Shown here piece after piece: positions 52,316 to 64,000 of a stretch of 64,000 nt of DNA. The DNA lies in contig JAQFVV010000007.1 in NCBI GenBank assembly GCA_028023455.1, positions 11,036,001 to 11,100,000 of the forward strand. Reading direction: 5' to 3'. This DNA comes from Epiperipatus broadwayi (Eukaryota > Animalia > Onychophora). The translations under genes were made by a program, and so were the position numbers. Under the pieces are notes generated by a model. The model did not search any database, was not told where the DNA came from, and saw nothing but the letters and a program-made list of their open reading frames with translations. Numbering within the stretch: position 1 is the first letter of the stretch; each line of letters opens with the position of its first letter.

Positions 52316-53441
52316 ACACAAAAACAGCTCAGCAATATTAGATTTTTTTTAAAAAAAAAAAGAATAGAAGACTTTAAAATATTTTCACATCAATAATTTT
52401 AGTGAATAATACTGATAAAGTTTTGGTTTTATAATACATATGAAGACTTAAAAGTGGAGAAATGCATAAATAATAATACTTTGTGAAATCTATGACATGA
52501 AGACGGATGAGAGATTGTGACTTGGGTAAATTGAAGAATGCTGATTCAGCACAAAAGTGCATCTTGAGTATCATTTACTTTTCAGATATTGTTATTAATA
52601 GGATCAAAGTATTTATGATATACTGGAATGCTATATATATATCTGAGATATTACACGTAGAAAAATTGAGATTGAATGAACTATTTCATGTGGTTGTGTT
52701 CAACAATGGGAGATAAAATTATCAAAAAAACAATGGGAGATATATTCAACATTAATTAACATTTAGAATGGTTATATGGACAAAAATTTCATGATAATTT
52801 CTAGAATAATAAATGACTAAAAATAAGCATTAAGGCATCTACCTAGAGATCATGAGGCCATAACTATGAGTGCAGGGAATTTGGCATAATTTAAGACTAT
52901 GATATTTTCTTGTATTAGAGAGTGCAGAGATAGATAGAGAAATGGAAATGAAGAGCGTATTTATTATTTTAAAGCAGCTGTATTTAGGTAAAATTCTTAA
53001 ATGACAAATATACTTTTGTCTAAATTGGATCATTTCCTTATTTTTATTCAAATAATATATAAGCTTTTAAATGTTTGAATTAGAAAACATCCGATCTCAA
53101 AGATAGTGCGAATTATCTAAATAATCTTTTATTTGAAATTATTTTTTGCAACAATTAATGACTATGCAATCAAAATTTTATAAATTACAATTATCCACTT
53201 TTGTGGGAGAAAGACACATTTATCTAAAACTAATATTTATCAAAATTCAGTCTGCTTAAGATCAATATGGTTAATTCGAAGACAACCAAACAAATGAATA
53301 ATTATAAAATGTAAGAAACAAATAGAAGTTTTATATTTAATGCAAAAGTATTTTTAAATCTAAAAAATTTTTTAATTAATGTTTGTTATATAAATTTAGG
53401 CTTATAGTTATATAACATGGTTTTTATTACCACTATCATAG

Positions 53442-53925
53442 TTAAACCACTAAACATCACATGATCACCATGTCTTATGCTTGCTCATAACTGTTATTAA
53501 AATAGACAAAACTCTCCATACAGTAGTGCCCTTCAGTGCAAGACAGAATAATTAATGGATGCCTGAAAGCTTGTACATAAAATTCCTATCTAGTGCTACT
53601 CATCCAATATTTCCAGACTAGTTTCTAGCTTGTAGCTTTCATCAGTGGGGAGCCTTGGAACTGAGAGCACTGCACCTAGATCTTAGAATATAAAATCTAG
53701 ATGCAGTACTCTCAAAGCCAAGGCTCTAAGATCTAGGTGCAGTGCTCTCAGATCCAAGGTTCCCCATTTATGAAAGCCACAAGCTAGAAACTAGCCTATG
53801 GATATTAAATGAGTAGGCACTAGATAGGGATTTTATGCACAAGCCTTCTGGCATTCATTGATTACTATGTCTTGCACTGAGTAGCACTATTGTATGGAGA
53901 GTTTTGCCTGTTTTAATAATGTTAT
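53442..53925. mobile_element. Family B fold-back element, medium form (~250-bp arms)
   Basis: TTAAaccactaaacatcacatgatc..gagagcactgcacctagatcttag | ..ctaagatctaggtgcagtgctctc..tggagagttttgcctgttttaata. Confidence 0.87.
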
Positions 53926-56071
53926 CATACTTATGATGTAGATCAAATCAGATATAGTTAACATTTGAAATATTTTCATTTTCCAAACAGATTCAAGACC
54001 TCTTATCAATTTAATTAATCATCAAATTACGATCTACAAAGCTAATTAGCTATTTTAAGTAGAGATAAAACAAGAGTGGAAAACTACTAAACCCTACCAT
54101 TCTATAGTCAGCATGCAATTGAAGATATGCTTGTTCTACAGTGTAATCCATTAAAAAGTTATTTTCTTTCCTTCTTTATTCCTTTTGTATAAAAAATAAA
54201 CCTTATTAAATCAATGCATAAAAAAGTGCTTGCACAAAATACCATAATGCATGAAAGCAAATTTATTTACTACAAAAATGAAATGTACATAATATTTGTT
54301 GGTAAAGCCACTACCTACATATCAAAATGTGTCTGAATAGAGTAATTGATAAATTTCTTATTAAAAAAAAAAAAAAAAACCCCAGAAACACTAAAATTAT
54401 ATAATATATTTGAAAATACAAAAGTGATATAATTTACTTAGAAAAAAAAAAAAACTGAAAATAAACTGTTCAGCAAACAAATAATGAACAATGATTAAAA
54501 ATAAACATTTATGGAAACATTAAATAAGAAATTAAATTAGTAACAATTTTATGATTGCATTGATAATGCCTATTGAAATGATCTGTTTCATAATCATTGC
54601 TACTTTGCTGATTAGATAAATTTTAGTTGTTTAGACATATGGTATATTTTCATTTTTTAATTTTTGCTATGACTTTATGACAGTTATTTGCTATTATCAG
54701 TAATAAAATTTCTTCCTTCATTAGCCAGTCTTATTAGAAATATTTGTTTTGTTATTCAATTATAGTTGTTCATTAAAATATTATTTTCAGGCTTGTTTTC
54801 TAAATAAATTATATTTTTATGTTTGTTTATATTTTTAATTTCTTGATTTTTTTAAATGAAAAAATGGTACTTCTCATTGGGCCTATTCTTGTTTGATGTG
54901 ATGCACTGTAGCTTCTCCTATTTCGGAGTCAGGAATCTCTTAGTCATTATACCCAGAGAAACCTGTTGTTTATTTTGGATATGGATAGTGGTTCTACCAA
55001 TGGGTAGTGTACACATGCAACTAGAAATCAAATAATATTCATTAACAATACATATAATGCAAAAAGAGATTATAGTTTTGTAGAAAGATTATTTTTTAAT
55101 ACAAAATTATCATATACTTGTATTGATTATTTGAGGGAATGTTTACTAACAAGTCATTGTAAAACAGACTACAAATAGTTCTTAATAATTTTAAGAATTT
55201 AAAAAATATATATTATGACTATGGACGATGGAAATTTTAAAAAGATGAAAATGTCTGTGAAATATTGTCATTCATTAAAAAAAAAACTATCTTTGGGTCA
55301 TAAAATGCTGCATTAAAAAAGCTGAAGACTTTGAAATAAATTGAAATTAAGGAAATCAAAAACTATCTCAATTCTTCCAGATGAATAAAACCATTTTGCT
55401 CAACTTACCACTTTGATTCTCAAGCATCACATGACTCTCTTAGCAACTAATCATACTGTAATTTATTTACTTACAAAAACAATAAAAACTGCATTTTTTC
55501 TAATTAGGTTGAACATAATAGGTAATCATTTATAACTTTAAAAAATAAAGATGTAGAATTTATAATCAAATCTACAATACATATCATGGACTGAATTAGA
55601 AAAAATATCTTTTTAGAATAGAGTCTGGCAAAGCTTTCTATTTTTAAAGACAATGTCATATTATATTTTTATCAGCAATAGAAAATGAATAAAATCTAAC
55701 AATTTTTCCTAAATGGATTTTTAAATTGGATAAAAAAAAGTACCATGGAAAGTGACATTTATTTAACTCTTTCTTCCACATTTCTACATTTCTGAACCAT
55801 TATCTAGTGGCAATTTGAGTTAATAGTTAAACATTTTAATTTTTGTATTAAAACTTTAATCCATATTATAAGTTAACAAATTGGTCTTTATTTATTAGAA
55901 ATATACATTTACAAATAAAAGTCATTCCAAAAACTTATACTGGAACTTTCCAAATGTATAATAATAACAATAATAATAATAGCAGCAACAACAATAATAA
56001 TATATAAAGACAACATTTTTTAAAATAATAAATACTTTTATTAACTGTTCACTAAAAAGAACCATTCACTA

Positions 56072-56282
56072 AAAATAAATAAATAATTGTTCTTCAACCA
56101 TAATTGGGATTTTTAGATTTAATTTGAAATAAAAGCTTAGAGGAATCCAGAAATTAATTAAGTCAATGCCTTGTCATAAAATAGGGATTGCCTTAATTAA
56201 TTTCTTTGCCTCCAGCATAACTTTATTTTAAGTTAAATCTAAACACACCAATTGTGGTTGAAGTAACAATTATTTTTTTTTA
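56072..56282. mobile_element. MITE-like inverted repeat (~90-bp arms, ~28-bp spacer)
   Basis: ataattgttcttcaaccataattgg..agaaattaattaag vs cttaattaatttct..ccaattgtggttgaagtaacaattat. Confidence 0.75.
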
Positions 56283-56424
56283 GTACATGGTCAATAAAAT
56301 CATTTAATCTGAAAAAAATTATATTATTTTTAAGTTTTTAGTATTGGCACAGTAAATGAAAATGTAAATCTATATCATATTTTAAATTGACTGATGATAT
56401 ATATCAGAAGATATTTCTGCTATA

Positions 56425-56510
56425 AGCTAAAAAGGGGTTGCCTTGGCAACAGTTTGAAATTGTTGATTGGTATTGATATTGTCTACGTGCTGACTGGTTT
56501 TTTAATGATA
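56425..56510 (-). repeat. Family C copy (reverse)
   Basis: aaaaggggttgccttggcaacagtttgaaattgttgattggtattgatattgtct..gactggtttttaatgat. Confidence 0.7.
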
Positions 56511-59500
56511 ACATATTTAGTACATATACATAACAATATACATGCATTTAACTGATTAAAAATATAAAATATTCTTTTAAATGAAACATGCTTAATATTT
56601 TTACTTTGATTGGAATTTTTTTTATAAAAAATACCAAAACTATATTAAATGAATTTCATTTAATACATATAATTTTACTTTAAATCAATTTCACACATAT
56701 AGTGTGTATATATTTATCTCTATGATATTTCTGCAATAAATATATATATATATATATATATGGTTTGTGTATATATATCATATTTAGCATGTGTACATAA
56801 TTATGTATGTATAAGAAATCAGTAAGTAATTTTGCTGTTTAAAATTGCTGACATTTTATCTTTTTATTTGAAAAAAAAAAATGCTTTTTTTTTAAAAAAA
56901 AAAAACTTAAAAAAACTATAGTATAAATAACTTTATTACTTGAATTGTAACAAATAAAATTGATAATGAGCATTATTTCAAACATCCAACCTACTCTTCC
57001 TGTCTAAGAAACTAATTAACTTATTTAAATAATAATGTGCCTTATCACTTTCATGGGTATTTTAAACAAATATACAAAATTTTACCAAGTTATATTGAAT
57101 ATGAATTAATTTAATATCAGTATTAACATATTAAAAATGTTATTAAATTGAATAAAAACTTTATACCACCTTATTGTGAGTATTATTTAAATCATAACAA
57201 AAATAAAATCAATAGTGAACATTATTTAAAACATTTATCCCATTTTTTCCTATTTAACAAAGTAAGTTACCTATTTTAGCAATTAATATATCACTTTCAT
57301 AGACATTTTAAGCAATACAAAATTTTCACAGGTATTGAACTTGAAAATGTTAAATATCAATGTTAAAAAAATGATAAAAAAAATTTGTCCCATTCTCTTG
57401 CAAGTTAACAAATAAACAAACAAAACAACAGAATTTTCAACTTTAATAAAGATATTTAAAAATGAAATATGCAAAAACAATGGCTTTTTTCTATGGACTA
57501 TTTTTATAATGCTTTTGAAAAGATGTAAATTGAAAAAAATCTTTATTTTTTAAACATGATTGTATAATTATAATGTCATTATAAAGCCATGGAATTCTGT
57601 TTTTGGCTTTAAAATTGCATTTATAATTATTAGATATCACAAAGTGTGGTCCTCTGGTATTTGATAGAATGTAATGAATTTTCTTTCTATTATTACTTCA
57701 AATTTCTTAACTTGTATTTTTTAATAAGAAATATATTTTTTAAAAAAATTCTAAATGTAAAGTATAATTCTTTTGTAATAATTACATATTTTTTAAAAAT
57801 AAATAATAAATTCTGATTTGTCTTTCTTCATTTGTACAACAATGAGAAGTGAGTTTACAAGTTTTTTTATATGCCTGATATCAAAAAATCTACCAATCCC
57901 AGATCATTTAAAATTTCATTGGTCCATCTATAGATTGTCTCTATAGTCTATTTTTCTAGACTACCAACTTCTTCATATGATTTTAAACTAATAAATCAGT
58001 ATACACTTTATTTCTAAGTTTTACTGTCAAATGAATGTAAAAGTAGAAAAATAGGGATAAAGTTGGCCACAAGAGGAAGACTTGAAACTGACACACATTA
58101 GTGTCACCACAGAACTTCATGACAAACTAGTTACCATTATTATAGAATTAATTGTTAACCATTGTACCATGTAAATGTGTCTAATAATCTGGTCTTTCTA
58201 AGCCTGTATATTCAATAACATATGTTTGGGAAAAAAATAGAAATTCACAAAATTTATGCTATATTAACCTGCAATAGTTATAACTGGTATGTGATGACAA
58301 TATTTATTTTAAATACCTTAATTTCATATTTTTTAATTAACAGATTTCCTATTCAATACCATCCTAGGATATGCATATCTTGCAAAAACTATATTAGTTT
58401 AAATTTAGCTCATATGGTTTTAATTCTATCCATCTATTTTTTTAGCAGTATCTCATACTACTTGTAGTCTAGAATTTGGCTGTAAATTTTTTTCAACTTT
58501 TTCAAATGATAGCTTTGTTTTTACTACTTTTTAAAAGAATATAATAAAACTTGTTGTAACTAATGGAAGCAATAATAAGTAGCAAATTTATGTCATTAAA
58601 ACCATTGATTATATAAAAGCAATCAACAGTTTACAAAATAGCTTTCAACTGAATCCAGTAAAACAAAAATAATTTTATCTTATTTTGTAACTATATTTTT
58701 AAACTTCTTTGACACAAATAATTTAACATTTATTGGAAATAATGCTTTTGAAAAATCAAATTTGAAAATAGTATAAAACAAATATATATCAAAGAAGGTA
58801 TATGAGATACTGATTCTAGTTGGAATATAACAAATTAACATTGTTGCTGTTGTGGTTAAATTTCCCTGTATAACAGTAATCATTTTCATGTCATACATTC
58901 ACTGATGTTGTTGTGATTGCAATGCAAAGATCTGCACTCATCATATATTACTATGGAGAATTTGAAAATTAAAACTTCATTTAAAGCAACTCTAAAGTGC
59001 AAAGTTTAGCAATACCAATTGCCAACCCAATGAAACTCAAAAAGCTTTATTTAGGTAATAAATTAAAAACTATCAATTAGTTGGGGGGGGGGGTATAATC
59101 TAAGTTGAAATAAATGTTCAATAGACAAAAGTCATGAATGTATGAGGGAATAAGCAAGAAAAAATATGTTAGTTTTACTAGTGTTTATAAAACTTTTAAA
59201 GTAACATTCATAAGATATGATAAATATAAAATAGCATTAAATTTGTGAATGTAGACTATAACCAAAAATGTTTCACTAATGGTAAAGATTGTGTCAGAAA
59301 ACACTGAGTGTACTTGAAGATGCATTGAAAAGATTCAATAAAGCCATTTATTATGAATAAGAGATTGTTATATAAATTCAGAGGTTGCTATTGCTTTAAA
59401 GATAAAGTATTTCATATGTTTTTTATTTTGAAAAAATTGCACCAATTATTAGCATTTCTATCTGTAAATTGCATAGAAAATACATCTTTTTCATTTCAAC

Positions 59501-61009
59501 ATCATTATTATATTTTTATTATGTGAAGAATGATGAAAAGTAATAAATAATGTTTTTGAGAGATTGCTCAAACTTGAATATAGTATTGAAATACATCAAT
59601 GCTATTATCATAATTGCAGTATTTTATTATTTGTCCATTATTTTTGATGATATATTAATATAAGTAATTTTTAAATTAAATTATATCATAAATATATACA
59701 CATGTTTAAAACATTTGTATTATGTATTAAAAACAAATTACATAGTATGCATTAACATCTATGCTTTTTGGCATTTATACAATGGCTAGAAAACGTGGAC
59801 GTGCATATTTCAATCTCATCTATTATGAAGTTTCTGGATAAATTGTTCTTATGAAAAATTTTAAATTTTTTTTTAAAAATGGTAATAGTGTATTGAAATA
59901 TTTATATTATATTATAAATGCATTAAAATATTTAAATACATTAATACAGTTTTACTTAAGTTCCATGATTAATGAGAGATAACTTGGTCTAATATAAACT
60001 GTTATAGATTTAGTATAAAAAATCATATTTTGGTTAACATATAATCTGTCTCTAATAAATAATGTTGAAGATATTTTGTTAATAAGGATTATATATTAAG
60101 GTTTATATAATTTGATACTGATCCTCATTTTATCAACAATCCCCAAATCTTTAATTTAATATTTCTTGATTAGGGGTGGAGGGAATAACGTAAAAATTAA
60201 AAATGAAATTTTTTTTTCAAAACATTAATATTTTAAATTCATAATGCACCTATTGGTATAAGAAACATAATATCTTATAAGAAAACAACCAATGATATTA
60301 TTATCAGGCAAGAATAATTTGATAAAATTAACATCATTTAGACATTCGACCTTTGCATTTCATTAATCATTTTCATTATTAGAAGAATGAAAGAAATGTG
60401 AAGTTATATTTATTTATCTTTTGAGCAAAGAGAAATACTTCTTAGTATATATAATTTTTAAATGGTAACATACTATATATACATATTAAACTTTTACTAG
60501 CGAAATAATTTGATTTGAGACTAAATTTTCAGAATGTAATTTTTATATGTATAGTCTTCAGTTTCAATATTGTTTGACTACAACTAATTTTAAAAATAAA
60601 TAAATAATAATTAAAAGAAAAAAATTGGAAACAGAAAAAAATTATATAAGTTGTACATTTATTTTGTGTTATTGAGAGCGACATATACCCAGCCCCCTTT
60701 TCTATTGCAGCAAATTTAAATGTTTCTAAAATATCTTATAAAAATAAATATATTTTATATTTATTAAATAAAAACAAGCATTTTAAATTGTCAAAAATAA
60801 ACTGAAAAAAAAACAACAACAAATCTCTATAACAATTTCTGTTTGACAAATAAAATATGAACTATTGCACTTATTGTGTGCAAATTGAGTTTTGCTATTT
60901 GAATTATAAAGTTATATATTTTGCTGTTAATTATGGCCATTTAGTAAGAAAAATGAAAACTATAATACACAATTTTTATTGATAAATTTGGAGGTATTTT
61001 CTACATGAT

Positions 61010-61285
61010 ATTACTACTATTACTGCTACGACTGCCATCGATGCTGCTGCTACTGCTAACACTGCCAGTACTGTTGCCACTGCCATAACTTCCCACCATT
61101 GCGGTTGTTGCTGAGTGTTAATTATCTCAGAAAAGCATCATCTAGTGACTGCCTACTACTACTATTGTTACTGCTTGTTCTGCTGCTGCTACTTTTACTG
61201 CTACTACTACTACTATTGTTGCTGCTGCTGATACTGCTACTACTTCTATGACAACTACCATGATTACTCCTACTACTATCGTTAT
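61010..61285. repeat. Cryptic (CTR/YTG)n trinucleotide low-complexity tract
   Basis: Mixed act/gct/cta triplets. It would read Thr/Ala-rich but contains stops. Confidence 0.8.
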
Positions 61286-61718
61286 ATATTTTAATGATTT
61301 AATATGATTAATTTTTAAATAAATCTTATTCTAGGTATTCACATAGAGTATTTACATATTAAAAATGTCTGCACTATATATGTGTGTATGTTAAAAATAA
61401 ATACTATATAAGATTGCTTACATGGATTTTAATATCTATGCAAAGACTCAGAGCCAAATGATATATATTTCAGGTTCTATCAAAACTTGAAAGAAAAAAA
61501 AAACTGACTGAAAAATTAGACCAGATGACTGAGTTTATTTAAATGGCATTAAAAAGTAAGCTGAAATAATTATTATAAAAATGTCAATTTGAATTTTTAA
61601 TTAATGGATCATTTATAAAATACAATATATAGTATATTGGATAATAATAAAAACTTCTATAAAATTAACATTATAAAAATTAATAGATCCAACTGGAAAT
61701 AAATTGGAAAAATAGTTA

Positions 61719-61980
61719 GATTGAAGAGTTGGAGTGTGTAGATTGAAGCCTATTTATTAAAGTATAAAGACTGGCTATCTTGATATATATCTGAGCACTT
61801 ATAACATATATGTGTAGAGATGGTAATCCGGACCAACTGATGATTGCTGCTTTAGCATGAAATACGTATACTGGTGATTATTTATCTTTGCACCATATAT
61901 GTGTTCAAGTGTATCAGTGTTATGAGATAGAGTGGTGGGTTGTGTGAAAGTCTATGCTCATATACCCTATATATTGATTA
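61719..61980 (-). mobile_element. Family A reverse arm
   Basis: Closely matches 5812-6075. Confidence 0.82.
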
Positions 61981-62460
61981 ATATTGTTTTCTAAAATGTA
62001 CATAAAAAAATACTTAAATTTATTTGAGTTTTTAAAAATAGATTTAATCAATTTAATTTTTTCAAAGTAAATTATTTTATTGTGTAATTTATATGAATGA
62101 CCAGTCAATTATTAAAGAGAGAATAAAAGAAGTGATCAGCTATAAAACGTAATACAAAAACAGTTATGATGTAGAGGACTTTGAAATCATCAGAGAAGTT
62201 CTAACTTTGCAACTTCACCTTTACTAGGAACCATCAGAAGAAAACATTTAGAAATGTCATGATACTGGAAATCAATCTTCAAAGGAGAAAGAGCTGACAA
62301 GAGATGCACATAAGGTGTATTCATATTGATTTTAGGATTTTTTATGCCAATAGACTGATTCACTGTGAGAAACAATACTAAATTAGAGCACATTAATGAA
62401 ATATCTATATATATGTATGCACAAAAAAATCAAGTAATATGACACATGACCTAATTTATC

Positions 62461-62647
62461 AAGCTTATATTACAAATGTTATATATAGAGCTTGCAAATA
62501 AGCTCTTAACAATCTTTGCTTGAATATCCTAGCACCTCACAAAGGAAGCCAGTAGCAGAAACTGGTCTGTGATTAGGGATATTCTGCAAAGCTTGTTAAG
62601 AGCTTATTTGTGAGCTCTATATATAACATATGTATATAAACAAGTTT
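62461..62647. mobile_element. MITE-like inverted repeat (~75-bp arms)
   Basis: atgttatatatagagcttgcaaataagctcttaacaatctttgc vs gcaaagcttgttaagagcttatttgtgagctctatatataacat. Confidence 0.78.
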
Positions 62648-62665
62648 GGAATCATATATATATAT

Positions 62666-62862
62666 AATTCAAAACAAAGCAAAACTCTCCATATAGTAGT
62701 GCCATCTTGTGCTACCAAGAGCAATCAATGGATGCCAGAATGATTGCTCTTGTTAGCACAAGATGGCACTACTATATGGAGAGTTTTGCTTTGTTTTGAA
62801 TTGTTTAATAACAATTATTGTGCTAGTATGAGATGGTGATCATGTGATGTTTAGAGGTTTAA
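62666..62862. mobile_element. Family B short form: 62-bp near-perfect hairpin plus right terminus
   Basis: Stem 62666-62727 pairs with 62741-62802 with one mismatch and a 13-nt loop. Terminus gatcatgtgatgtttagaggtTTAA. Confidence 0.87.
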
Positions 62863-63124
62863 TATATATAATTCTTTATTAATATTTAAATACAAGTATA
62901 TTGTCTTCACTTAACTTAAATCCCTTTTAATTACGTTGTGTATTAAGTAATTATGTATAGTATTCTTACCGTTGCTTTTTCAAGTCATTTCTCATATGTA
63001 ATTTTAAATTAATCTTAATACTTATAATTGTGGATGCTTATTAAGTTTATACATATATGTTCCTATATAGGAATTATTTGCAGAGTATTATCCATATAGT
63101 GATATAATCATTTTAAAGATATTC

Positions 63125-63292
63125 AGTTATTTAAATACAAGTATACTTTGAGATATAGAGGATTCAAACACAGACTTTCAGACTCCCTTCAGTTATCTAC
63201 TCTATCTCATATAACCAATAACACATGATCACACACATGTGAAAAAGTTATCATTGGTTATATATATATGGGAGATGATGAACTGGGCCAAT
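63125..63292. mobile_element. Family A copy abutting the LINE tail
   Basis: atttaaatacaagtatact..gaggattcaaacacagactttcagactcccttcag, then reverse-arm sequence gggagatgatgaactgggccaa. Confidence 0.75.
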
Positions 63293-64000
63293 TTATTTTT
63301 TTATTATTTTTATTTTAAGTAATACACTTTATTAAATCACAACATATTTACATAATTACAAGATCAATTTTTAGTACAGACAAAAAAAAAAAAAGAACAG
63401 TATTATCCTTCACTTGTCCATTATACACATTGTAACACGTTCACTTAATTCTCCTGTTACCTGTTCATTGTTTACGATTTAGACCCTTTTTCTTTAACAA
63501 CATTACCCTTCTTTATTTTATGTTTTACTCCCAGATTTCACATCTGGAGAGAGCAATTCCTCCCCATACATGTTGGAAGGTGTTTTGGGGCCAATATTTT
63601 AGGCATAAGTTGAAGTAGTTCTCCCAATCTCTATCCATTTTTTTTAACCAATTGAATTTCTTATTATCAAATAAAAGTGAACATCTTATTGCCCACAATG
63701 ATTTCAATGTATGGATCATTACATTCACATTGTGCGGGTTAAAGTTTATAACATATTTTTTCATAAGATATTTGAGATTTATTATAGGCCTGTGAAAGAC
63801 CTTCATTCTAATTTCTCTAAAGGCGTAGCATTCTTCAAATAAGTGCATAAAAGTTTCATTGTGCCTCTTACACATAATGCAGGTTTCATTCAAACTCAAT
63901 CCCAGTCTTTTATTAATATAGGTAGTTGTAGGTAGAATCCCATTGATTAACTTAAAAATAAATCTCATTGATGTCTGAGGTATATATATTGAGTGAAATT
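63293..64000 (-). mobile_element. L1/Tx1-type non-LTR retrotransposon 3' end (zf-RVT region of ORF2 + 3' UTR + A-rich tail)
   Basis: The frame is open from the window end: IPQTSMRFIFKLINGILPT..CIMCKRHNETFMHLFEEC..SLWAIRCSLLF (CxxC..ET..HLFxxC and WxxRxxxxF motifs). AATAAA and an A-rich tail lie at 63293-63331. Confidence 0.85.

Noticed and set aside
56437-56450. X-box-like GTTGCCTTGGCAAC
   Set aside because: It lies inside a family C repeat copy (others read gttgccttgacaac), so it is likely a chance derivative.
61010-61285. Mucin-like Thr/Ala exon
   Set aside because: In-frame stops and no splice signals; consistent with a decayed trinucleotide microsatellite.

Overview
This is strongly AT-rich, CpG-depleted eukaryotic (animal-like, probably invertebrate) genomic DNA, mostly intronic or intergenic. 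I could not identify a protein-coding gene by homology. There is no prokaryotic operon, rRNA or CRISPR array. Nearly all ORFs in the supplied track are microsatellite, antisense or transposon artefacts. Retroelement remains I can recognise: (i) a Penelope-like element (RT + GIY-YIG) as a head-to-head inverted pair at 7.2-10.2 kb; (ii) an RTE LINE whose endonuclease half is inverted relative to its RT half at 30.4-32.4 kb, plus three more RTE fragments; (iii) the 3' end of an L1/Tx1-type LINE running off the window end. The window also holds an unusually dense set of fold-back/palindromic elements: two multi-copy families, here called A and B, several single-copy inverted repeats, a 296-bp spacerless palindrome and three (TA)n-centred mirror duplications. 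Other features are long AAT/AAG/ATT/TCTA microsatellites, a tRNA-Gly(TCC)-derived pseudogene and four CpG-retaining promoter-like patches carrying NRF1-, YY1- or RFX-like motifs. There is a 27-bp minisatellite that reads as an open 9-aa repeat behind a splice acceptor. Several small candidate exons on both strands rest only on splice signals and open frames, so they are low confidence. Coordinates of degenerate repeats are approximate (tens of bp). I found no clearly new biological system; the fold-back landscape is the best lead.
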